Below, piece after piece: positions 56,399 through 64,000 of a DNA stretch of 64,000 bases. The DNA comes from Nannocystales bacterium (lineage in GTDB: Bacteria > Myxococcota_A > Polyangia > Nannocystales > Nannocystaceae): NCBI GenBank assembly GCA_050633305.1, contig JBOEGF010000008.1, forward strand, positions 446,474-510,473. Direction: 5' to 3'. The translations under genes were made by a program, and so were the position numbers. Below the pieces are notes generated by a model. That model worked only from the letters and a program-made list of their open reading frames with translations. It did not search any database and was not told the DNA's origin. Position 1 is the stretch's first letter. Each line of letters opens with the position of its first letter.

Positions 56399-56759
56399 AG
56401 CGTCGATCGGTTTGGAACGGCCCACAGGGCGGGAGGCCGAAGGCGGACTGGAGGTCCGTCGAGCGCCGAGCAACGCAGCCAAGGTGAGGCAGAGGCGCGC
56501 GTTGTAGGCCGAATTCAAACCGGTGGGCGGTCTAGCGGCCGAAAGACGCCCCAAGGGGCGTGACGATATCGACCTGAGATCACAGTTTCGGGTCGCAGAG
56601 GTGTCCTCAAACCCCCCGCGTGCGTTTTGCTCCGGCGGGTTTTACACACCCTCAGGCCATCGGTGCTACACATGCCACAGCGTCGAAGGGCCCCTTGGGG
56701 ACGGCCCCGGCTGCTTCCGCCCCCGGAAGCGCCGCGAACGGCCCGGCGCAGGAGATTCG

Positions 56760-57746
56760 ATGAAGGTACTCGCAGGAGACGTTGGTGGCACGAATACTCG
56801 ATTGGCCCTGTGTGAGGTCAACGAGGGCAAGGTGCTGCGGCTCGTCCACAACATCGAGCCAAGCGCCTCGCACGGCTCACTCAGAGAGATCATTCAAGCT
56901 TTTGCCTCCGCGCACGGCGCCGACGACGTCCGGGCCGTGTGCATCGGGCTGCCCGGGCCCGTACGCGGCCGGCGGGTTCAGCTCACCAACCTGCCATGGG
57001 TCGTCGATGCCGACGAGCTCGAGCGGGACCTCGGGCTGCCGTCCATCACGCTCCTCAACGACCTCGAAGCCAATGCGCATGGTCTGAGCACCCTGGCGGA
57101 CGCGGACTTCATGGTCCTCCGCGAAGGAGCTCCCGAACGAGGCGGCAACGCCGGACTCGTGTCCGCGGGAACGGGGCTCGGCGAGGCCGGCCTCCACTTC
57201 GTCCGCGGTCAGCTCTATCCCTTCCCGACCGAGGGGGGGCACGCCGACTTCGCCCCGAGCAACGAGCTGGAGTGGAACCTGCTTCAGTATTTGCAGCGTA
57301 GTCACGAGCACGTCAGCTGGGAGCGGGTCGTCTCCGGGCCGGGGTTGGCCACGGTCTACGAGTTCTTGCTCGATCGCGCCGGGGCCAGCGCCCCGCAGTG
57401 GTGGCAAGAAGCCCAGTCGACCAAGGAGCCCGCCGGGGCGATCGCCCTCAATGCCGAAGACGGCGACGAGCATTGCAATGCCGCCGTGGACCTGTTCCTC
57501 GGTCTATACGGCGCCGAGGCCGGTAACTTCGCCCTCAAGGTCTTCGCGACGGGGGGCATCTATCTCGGCGGCGGCATCGCCCCCAAGCTGGCCAAGCGCA
57601 TGAAAAGCTCCGCGTTTCTCGAGCGATTCGACGCCAAGGGACGCATGCGCCGCCTGGTCGAGCAGATCCCGATCAAGGTCGTGCTCAACGACTCCGCGGC
57701 CCTGCAAGGCGCTGCGCTCTTCGGTGCCCGGCACGCCGAACCCTGA
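56760..57746 (+). CDS. glk: Glucokinase
   Basis: LAGDVGGTNTR, TNLPW, LLNDLEA, GTGLG, EGGHADF, WERVVSGPGL, GGIAPK; AGGAGA RBS. Confidence 0.95.
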   Translation: MKVLAGDVGGTNTRLALCEVNEGKVLRLVHNIEPSASHGSLREIIQAFASAHGADDVRAVCIGLPGPVRGRRVQLTNLPWVVDADELERDLGLPSITLLNDLEANAHGLSTLADADFMVLREGAPERGGNAGLVSAGTGLGEAGLHFVRGQLYPFPTEGGHADFAPSNELEWNLLQYLQRSHEHVSWERVVSGPGLATVYEFLLDRAGASAPQWWQEAQSTKEPAGAIALNAEDGDEHCNAAVDLFLGLYGAEAGNFALKVFATGGIYLGGGIAPKLAKRMKSSAFLERFDAKGRMRRLVEQIPIKVVLNDSAALQGAALFGARHAEP

Positions 57747-57875
57747 GCGGTGGGCTGAGCGCCGTCCTCGTGCGGGCTCCTCCCTCCTTCCTCCTCCCGT
57801 GGATCCGCGTGTGGGCTGAGCCACGCTTGGCGCGTAGGTCCAACCCAAACCGCAGGCCACGGGATAGAACAGGGC

Positions 57876-59267
57876 ATGTTCATCGCATGGCTCCCGCTCG
57901 CCCTGATGGCTGCGTCCGCGCCGGCGCATGAATCGGCCGTGCAGCGACACCACCGCAAGGGGGTGCATTGCATGGACGTCATCGAACGCTCCAAGTGCGC
58001 CATCGAGCAGTTCGAGGCGGTCTTGGATGAAGACACCCGAGAACGCGAGCTGGTCACCGATGCGATGGTCCGGTTGCTCCGGCTCTACCGCAAAGCCGGC
58101 GACTCCGAGGGATTGAGCAACGTCCTGCGTCGCTATTGGGACGTCGGCACCGCGCGGCAGTCTCGTGGGCACTTGCCCTACGGCATGCGGTTCTTCTCGC
58201 CGGAACTCGACGTGATGTTCGTGGCCGACATCTCGAAGATTCGAGACGCTCGCCTCTTGCGAGAAGCCGGTGCCCAAACCGCCGAATTCATCTTCACGTG
58301 TGACGACCAGACCCGCACCGACATCGGCATGACCGAGCGATGGCGACGGGCCGAGCGCATCGCGTTGGCGCGCGGCGTCGAAACGTACGAGGTCTACTAC
58401 GAGGCGATGGACGCACGCCGAGCCCGCCGCGAAAAAGCGAAGGCCCGGCAGAAAGAGTGGGACGAGTCGAAGCGTGGCAAGGCGGAGGCCGCGAAACAGC
58501 CCGACAAAGACGAGGAAGAGGAGTCGAAGGCACCTATCTTCAGCGAGATGCAGTGCGAGCTCGCGAAACGGCTCGGGCAAGACACGCTCCTCGGCTGGAA
58601 CCGGATCTCGGGAGCCGCAAGCCACCAAAACTACCGGCGCTCGATGATGCTGGTGGAGATCCCCGGCTCTGCGCCGCTGCTCAACAAAGCCGTGGCCCGT
58701 GGCGACCTCCTCGCCGTCGACGAGCGTCACTGGACACTCCCCGACTCGGAGTTTGCCGGGCAAAGCGTCCATGTGGTCCGAGTCGATCGCGACCAGCTCC
58801 TGATCGCGCGCGAGGACATGCTGGCCCCGGTCCTCGAAGCCGCGAGCAAACGGAAACGTCGCATGAACAAGGAGCTGGAGCGACTGGCCCAACAGGTCCC
58901 CCGAGACAGCGCCATGGTCTTTGCGATGACGCAGGCCGCCATTGTGGGAACCGGGTTCGGCGGCATGAAACAGGGCGCCTCCACCATGCTGCAAGCCCTG
59001 CTGCCCAAGCCCAAGGGCCTGCAGGTCTCGGTCAGCACCGCCGACGTCGCAGGCGTCTTCACCCGCGTCCCCACCAAGAATCCCCTCAAGGGACGGATGC
59101 TGGTCAACCTCGTGCAGACGGTCCTCGAGGGTCAGGCGCAGGAGGATCCGGAGGCGGCACAATGGGTGGAGAATCTGGATATTGCGGAGGCTGGCGACCG
59201 CAGGGCCCTGCTTGCGGCCTACCTCATCGACAGCGAGCAGATGGCCAAGATGCTCTGGGACGGCTGA
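57876..59267 (+). CDS. Secreted hypothetical protein
   Basis: Signal peptide, TPR-like N-terminal helices, charged coiled coil, alpha/beta C-terminus. Confidence 0.6.
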   Translation: MFIAWLPLALMAASAPAHESAVQRHHRKGVHCMDVIERSKCAIEQFEAVLDEDTRERELVTDAMVRLLRLYRKAGDSEGLSNVLRRYWDVGTARQSRGHLPYGMRFFSPELDVMFVADISKIRDARLLREAGAQTAEFIFTCDDQTRTDIGMTERWRRAERIALARGVETYEVYYEAMDARRARREKAKARQKEWDESKRGKAEAAKQPDKDEEEESKAPIFSEMQCELAKRLGQDTLLGWNRISGAASHQNYRRSMMLVEIPGSAPLLNKAVARGDLLAVDERHWTLPDSEFAGQSVHVVRVDRDQLLIAREDMLAPVLEAASKRKRRMNKELERLAQQVPRDSAMVFAMTQAAIVGTGFGGMKQGASTMLQALLPKPKGLQVSVSTADVAGVFTRVPTKNPLKGRMLVNLVQTVLEGQAQEDPEAAQWVENLDIAEAGDRRALLAAYLIDSEQMAKMLWDG

Positions 59268-59482
59268 AATGGAAGATCACCGAACGGCCCGAGCCACGCA
59301 ACGTCGGTGCTCGTAGCAGGGTGGCGCCCTGCGAAAATATTTCGCCCCCGAATTGCCGCTGAAACGCGGAGGAACGCGGTGTACGAGAGGTTTTGACAGC
59401 CCCCGCCCCGGACTGCAGACGGTCACAGAGAGGTCATGCCGGCTTCGCCAACAGGCTGCTATGCTCTGCGCCGCTCGCTGCC

Positions 59483-61318
59483 ATGTCGTTGGATATTCGA
59501 ACCCTCGCCGACCTCCTCCACGCCCGCGCTGAAGCGAGCCCCAACGACATTGCGATCCGCACCAAGGAAGGGTCCAGCTGGGTCACGCGATCCTGGGGCG
59601 AGCTCCGAGACCGCGCAGACATCATCGCCGCCGGCATCCTCACGGCGACCGAGCTCGGGGACAACGACGTCATTGGCCTTCTGGGTCAGACCAGCGAAGA
59701 CTGGCTCGCCTGCGATTTCGCGGGGCTGAGCGTCGGTCTGCAGACGGTCCCGGTCTATGCCTCGCTGCATTCCGAAGAGGTCGGCTACGCCCACGTCGAC
59801 ACGGGTATCAAGCTCGTCATCATCGACGACAAGGCGCAGCTCGAGAAGATTCGTGAGATGCGGAAGGGCTTCACGTTCTTCGAGAAGGAGTACGCCCCCG
59901 ACACGCTTTCGCTGAAGCACGTGGTCGTGATCGACCCCACCGGCATCGACGCCGCAGACGACTGGGAGTCACTCGCCGACCTCGAGGCACGCGGGAAGAA
60001 GGAACTCGACGCGCAGCGCGACGAGATGCTCCGGCGCCGCAAAGAAGCCAAGCCCGACCAAACCGCCACGTACACATACACCTCGGGCACCACCGGCCCT
60101 CCCAAGGCGGTCATCCAGACCCACGAGAACCACCTCGCCATGGCCCGAGCCGTCTCCGACGCAGGGGTGCTGACCGATGGCATCCGCGAGGGCGGCTTGT
60201 TCCTGTTCCTGCCACTGGCGCACTCGTTCGGACGTCTGATCCAGTTCGCGGCGCCCTTCCGCAACCTTCACCTCATCATCAGCTCGGTCCCCACGCTCGG
60301 CGAAGACCTGGGCGCGACACGACCAGGGTTCTTCCCCGGGGCACCGCGGGTGTTCGAGAAGATGAAGGCAAAGATCGAGACTGCGGTCGCTGGCGCACCT
60401 CCGGTCCGACAGAAGCTCTTCGCGTGGGCCTTGGACACCGGCAAAGAGACCGTGCCGTATCGCTGCAAGGGGGAACCGGTCCCGTTCTTCCTCGGTTTGC
60501 GCAACAGCGTGGCCGACAAGCTCGTGTTGTCCAAGCTCCGGGCCAAGCTCGGCTTCGACCGCGCCTTCGCCCTGCTCTCGGGGTCTGCCCCCCTCGACCC
60601 CGACGTCCACACCTTCTTCCTCGCCATGGGGCTCAACCTGCTCGAGGCCTACGGACTGACCGAGACCTGCCCGGGACTCACCGCCAACCAGCCTGGCAAG
60701 ATCAAGATCGGCACTGTCGGGCCCGCGCTTCCCGGCGTGGAGATCAAGATCGCCGAAGACGGGGAGATTCTGGCCAAGGGCGCCAACATCACCCAGGGTT
60801 ACCTCAACCGCCCCGAAGCCACCGAAGCCTCGTTCCGCGACGGATGGTTCTGCACCGGTGACCTCGGCGCCCAAGACTCCGAAGGCTTCGTGAAGATCAC
60901 GGGGCGCAAGAAAGAGCTGATCAAGACCTCGGGCGGCAAGTACGTCGCGCCCGCGAAGATCGAGGGGCAGCTCAAAGGACTCCCGATCGTGCAGGAAGCC
61001 GTGGTCGTCGGGGACCGTCGCAACTACTGCGTGTGCCTGATCTCGGTGGACCCCGAGGAGCTCGGCGAGTGGGCTCAACAAAAAGGCATCGAGGCCAAGA
61101 ACGATCACCCCGACGTGAAGAAGGCCATCGAGGCGCATGTCGCCAAGGTCAACGGCGGGCTTGCGAGCTTCGAGAGCATCAAGTACTGGCGCATCACGCC
61201 CGAGCCGCTCACCGTCGACAACGGGCTGCTCACCGCGTCCCTCAAGGTGAAGCGCGGCGTCGTCGAGGACCGCTACTCGACGATCATCGACGACATGTAC
61301 TCGGCGGGAAAGAAGTAG
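59483..61318 (+). CDS. Long-chain fatty-acid-CoA ligase (AMP-binding)
   Basis: YTSGTTGPPKAV, LPLAHSFGR, EAYGLTET, TGDLG, ITGRKKELIKTSGGKYVAP. Confidence 0.93.
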   Translation: MSLDIRTLADLLHARAEASPNDIAIRTKEGSSWVTRSWGELRDRADIIAAGILTATELGDNDVIGLLGQTSEDWLACDFAGLSVGLQTVPVYASLHSEEVGYAHVDTGIKLVIIDDKAQLEKIREMRKGFTFFEKEYAPDTLSLKHVVVIDPTGIDAADDWESLADLEARGKKELDAQRDEMLRRRKEAKPDQTATYTYTSGTTGPPKAVIQTHENHLAMARAVSDAGVLTDGIREGGLFLFLPLAHSFGRLIQFAAPFRNLHLIISSVPTLGEDLGATRPGFFPGAPRVFEKMKAKIETAVAGAPPVRQKLFAWALDTGKETVPYRCKGEPVPFFLGLRNSVADKLVLSKLRAKLGFDRAFALLSGSAPLDPDVHTFFLAMGLNLLEAYGLTETCPGLTANQPGKIKIGTVGPALPGVEIKIAEDGEILAKGANITQGYLNRPEATEASFRDGWFCTGDLGAQDSEGFVKITGRKKELIKTSGGKYVAPAKIEGQLKGLPIVQEAVVVGDRRNYCVCLISVDPEELGEWAQQKGIEAKNDHPDVKKAIEAHVAKVNGGLASFESIKYWRITPEPLTVDNGLLTASLKVKRGVVEDRYSTIIDDMYSAGKK

Positions 61319-61320
61319 CC

Positions 61321-61728
61321 CTACAGCTCCACCGAGCCGGCGTCCTCCGTGAGCTGTTCGAGCAGAGACTCGGGCAGCTCGCGGTCGTCCATCCAGGCAA
61401 GACCGACAACCGCGACCGCCCCCTCGCGCTCCACGGGCAGGGCCACCGCGGCCTGAGCCTGGACCGCTTTGGCCCCGGGGCGAACGTCTCCGGTGCTGTC
61501 CGTCTGCAGGTTGCACGTCGAGACCGCCTGACCGCGCTCGAGCGCGAGACCAGCCATGCCTTTGCCACGGGGGACACGGGCCGTGATCTCCTGAACCTTG
61601 GGCGGGATACCCACCGCCGCGCGTAGCGCCAGGGTGTCGCGATCGCCTGGCAACGTGACATGCACCGTGCCCGCAACCGCCTCGTGACGCAGGAGAAAGG
61701 CCTTCAACCAAGCTTCCGTTGCGCTCAT
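61321..61728 (-). CDS. Stand-alone GAF-domain protein
   Basis: LALRAAVGIP..VPRGKGMAGLALERGQAV..AAVALPV..VAVVG. Confidence 0.78.
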   Translation of the reverse strand: MSATEAWLKAFLLRHEAVAGTVHVTLPGDRDTLALRAAVGIPPKVQEITARVPRGKGMAGLALERGQAVSTCNLQTDSTGDVRPGAKAVQAQAAVALPVEREGAVAVVGLAWMDDRELPESLLEQLTEDAGSVEL

Positions 61729-61785
61729 CACCGCGACGATAGCAGCCAAGAGGCCGCGCAACCGCCGTTGCGCTATCCTCCGCCG

Positions 61786-62967
61786 ATGGCGACGGCACCC
61801 GCCCCGAGTGCGGTCCACATGCAGCGCTTTACGGTGCCGTTCGAGTACCCCGTCGTGTTCACGCGCGGCCTCCTCGAGACCGGCAACGAAACTCTTGCCT
61901 GGTCTCTCTCACGGCTCGAGCCAGCTGCCGAGCACCGAGCGTTGGTCGTGGTCGACGACGGCCTGGCATCACAGTGGCCGTCCCTCGATGCCGATCTTGC
62001 CAAGTACTTCGCCCACCATGCCGGGCTGAAACTCGCCGGCCCCGTGCGGTATGTGCCCGGCGGCGAGGCGGCGAAGGCTGGCAGCGGCACCGTGGACGCA
62101 GTGTTGGGTTGGATCGCAGAGGCCAGACTCGACCGGCACGCCTACGTCGTCGCCCTGGGCGGGGGGGCGGTGCTCGATGCGGTCGGCTACGCGACCGCCC
62201 TCGCCCACCGAGGCGTTCGGCTCGTGCGAGTGCCCACGACGGTCCTCGCCCAGAACGATGCCGGTGTTGGGGTCAAGAACGGCATCAACGCATTCGGTGG
62301 AAAGAACTTCCTGGGCACGTTCGAACCTCCGGCGGCGGTGCTCAACGACATCAACTGGGTCCGGACCCTACCCGACCGCGACCGCATCGCCGGGATCGCC
62401 GAAGCCGTGAAGGTTGGCCTGATCCGCGATGCCAGCTTCTTCGTCTGGTTGGAGGAACACGCCGAGGCACTTCACCGGGGTGAGGACAGCGCGACCGCCA
62501 CGATGATCCGGCGATGCGCAGAACTCCACCTCCAGCACATTGCCACCAGCGGCGATCCCTTCGAACGTGGCAGCGCCCGCCCGCTGGACTATGGGCACTG
62601 GGCCGCACACAAGCTCGAGGTCCTCTCCGAACACGCGCTGCGTCACGGCGAGGCGGTCGCCATTGGGATGACGCTCGACGCCCACTACGCAGGACTCGTT
62701 GGTCGGCTTCCCCAGCCGCACGTGCGCCGTGTCGAAACGCTCCTGTGCGCGCTCGGCCTGCCCCGCTGGCACGATGCGCTCGATCTGCGCACGGACGGAT
62801 CGCGCCTCGTCCTGGCCGGCCTCGAGGAGTTTCGCGAGCACCTCGGCGGGCAGCTCACGATCACCCTCCTCGACGAAATCGGCCGCGGCGTCGAAGTCCA
62901 CACAATCGATGAACCGCAGATGGACCGGGCGATCGAGGGATTGCGAGACCACCGAAGCGCACCATGA
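61786..62967 (+). CDS. eboD: EboD-type 3-dehydroquinate-synthase-like sugar-phosphate cyclase
   Basis: GGGAVLD, PTTVLAQNDAGVGVKNGIN, EAVKV, GDPFERGSARPLDYGHWAAHKLE, HGEAVAIG, LEEFREHLGG; followed by eboE. Confidence 0.9.
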   Translation: MATAPAPSAVHMQRFTVPFEYPVVFTRGLLETGNETLAWSLSRLEPAAEHRALVVVDDGLASQWPSLDADLAKYFAHHAGLKLAGPVRYVPGGEAAKAGSGTVDAVLGWIAEARLDRHAYVVALGGGAVLDAVGYATALAHRGVRLVRVPTTVLAQNDAGVGVKNGINAFGGKNFLGTFEPPAAVLNDINWVRTLPDRDRIAGIAEAVKVGLIRDASFFVWLEEHAEALHRGEDSATATMIRRCAELHLQHIATSGDPFERGSARPLDYGHWAAHKLEVLSEHALRHGEAVAIGMTLDAHYAGLVGRLPQPHVRRVETLLCALGLPRWHDALDLRTDGSRLVLAGLEEFREHLGGQLTITLLDEIGRGVEVHTIDEPQMDRAIEGLRDHRSAP

Positions 62968-64000
62968 AGCTCGAGTCCAGCACCGGCGAACTCGCGCACC
63001 TGACGTACTGCTCCAACATTCACCCTGGAGAATCCTGGCCAGAGGTTGCGGCGGCGCTCGCGGAGCACATCCCTCAGGTCCGCAGGGAGCTGGACTTTGA
63101 CGGCGCGTTTGGGCTTGGTCTGCGTTTGTCCGCCCTGGCCGCGCGGGCGCTTCGGGATCCTGCAACGCTCGAATCTTTTCGCGCGTGGATGCATGCGAAT
63201 GACGCGTACGTCTTCACGTTCAACGGATTCCCCTATGGACCGTTTCACGGAACTCCGGTGAAAGAGGCGGTCTATCGGCCCGATTGGTCCACCCCACAGC
63301 GGGCAGCGTACACACTCGATCTCATCGACACGCTGGCCGCAATCATCCCCGACGGTATCTCGGGTTCGATCAGCACAGTTCCAGGCTCGTTTCGTTTCGA
63401 TCCTGCGGCAAGCGACCCCACATCGTTGTTGGAAGGGCTGGTCACCTGCGCCCTGCGGTGCTGGCATTGGCGTGAAACCGGCGGCCTCGATCTGAGCATC
63501 GGACTCGAGCCAGAGCCGATGTGCATGCTCGAGACGACCGACGAGGCGATTCGCTTCTTCGAAGACACGGTGTTCTCGACCGCTGCCCGCTCACTGTTCG
63601 CTGCGCGCAGTGGCTGTACAAGTAGACAGTCAGAGGAAGCCCTGCGTCGGCATCTGGGGGTGTGTTTTGATACGTGCCACGCGGCGGTCGAATTCGAAGA
63701 CCCTGGCGCGGGAGCCCGCCGGCTGCGCGCCGCAGGGATCCGTATCTCGAAGGTCCAGGTCACCGCTGGCCTCGAGCTTCGCACCCCGACCGCGGCCGGA
63801 ATCGAACAGCTGGAGGCGTTCGCGGAGGACACCTACCTCCACCAGGTCGTGATCAAGACCGACCGCGGATTGGTCCGCGTCCTCGATCTCCCCGAGGCAC
63901 TCGAGCGCTGGCGAGAGGGGTCAATTGCGCCCGGACCCTGGAGAGTGCACCTGCACGTTCCTGTTTTCTCTCGACTCATGGCTCCCCTGAGTGCGACGAC
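62964..64000 (+). CDS. eboE: Metabolite traffic protein EboE (TIM barrel), partial at window end
   Basis: Not in the ORF track; read directly: MKLESSTGELAHLTYCSNIHPGESW, FGLGLRLS, FNGFPYGPFH..VKEAVYRPDW, LEPEP, HLGVCFDTCH, YLHQV, WRVHLHVP; ATGA overlap with eboD. Confidence 0.92.
   Translation, partial: MKLESSTGELAHLTYCSNIHPGESWPEVAAALAEHIPQVRRELDFDGAFGLGLRLSALAARALRDPATLESFRAWMHANDAYVFTFNGFPYGPFHGTPVKEAVYRPDWSTPQRAAYTLDLIDTLAAIIPDGISGSISTVPGSFRFDPAASDPTSLLEGLVTCALRCWHWRETGGLDLSIGLEPEPMCMLETTDEAIRFFEDTVFSTAARSLFAARSGCTSRQSEEALRRHLGVCFDTCHAAVEFEDPGAGARRLRAAGIRISKVQVTAGLELRTPTAAGIEQLEAFAEDTYLHQVVIKTDRGLVRVLDLPEALERWREGSIAPGPWRVHLHVPVFSRLMAPLSAT

Noticed and set aside
61321..61728. Free methionine-R-sulfoxide reductase (MsrC)
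   Set aside because: GKGMAG replaces the Cys-containing GxGVCG motif.
61786..62967. Housekeeping aroB
   Set aside because: GSARPLDYGHWAAH and EEFREHLGG motifs plus coupling to eboE fit EboD better.
1..64000. Mobile elements, prophage, rRNA or tRNA genes
   Set aside because: No integrase, transposase or phage motifs, no T-loop/acceptor-stem pattern noticed, and composition appears uniform; a tRNAscan/cmscan run would be needed to exclude RNAs formally.

Overview
High-GC bacterial chromosome segment, densely coding (about 53 protein genes), with no recognisable rRNA, tRNA, CRISPR array, prophage or transposase. The gene repertoire points to a myxobacterium (Myxococcota, most plausibly Nannocystaceae-like; inference): a Hanks-type membrane Ser/Thr kinase, an FHA-sigma54 enhancer-binding protein, many Cys-rich lipoproteins with Ser/Thr/Gly/acidic tethers, and a myxobacterial-type TonB-dependent receptor. 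Recognisable genes include an M1 aminopeptidase, glgP, a YegD-like Hsp70, an ABC1 kinase, gshB with an ECF sigma factor, Usp, FAA hydrolase, a fatty-acid desaturase, a TPR-gluzincin, a HAMP histidine kinase, tatB-tatC, an MCP, tadA, an acyl-CoA dehydrogenase, a GltS-type symporter, an Eis-type GNAT, a tal-pgi fusion, glk, a long-chain acyl-CoA ligase, and eboD-eboE (eboE runs off the window). Most notable observations: (i) many genes have a TAnnnT -10 hexamer only 6-10 nt upstream of the start codon and no Shine-Dalgarno site, suggesting widespread leaderless transcription; (ii) a ~220-nt intergenic region upstream of the MCP can fold into a long G-U-containing closing stem (candidate ncRNA); (iii) four intact ORFs appear to keep an enzyme fold but lack its catalytic motifs (GH3-like, DUF362-like, rhomboid-like, and a beta-CASP-like protein with a clamp-type C-terminal motif coupled to tadA); (iv) a Cys-rich ECF sigma factor is translationally coupled to glutathione synthetase. 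All family calls are by visual motif recognition, not database search; start codons are best estimates.
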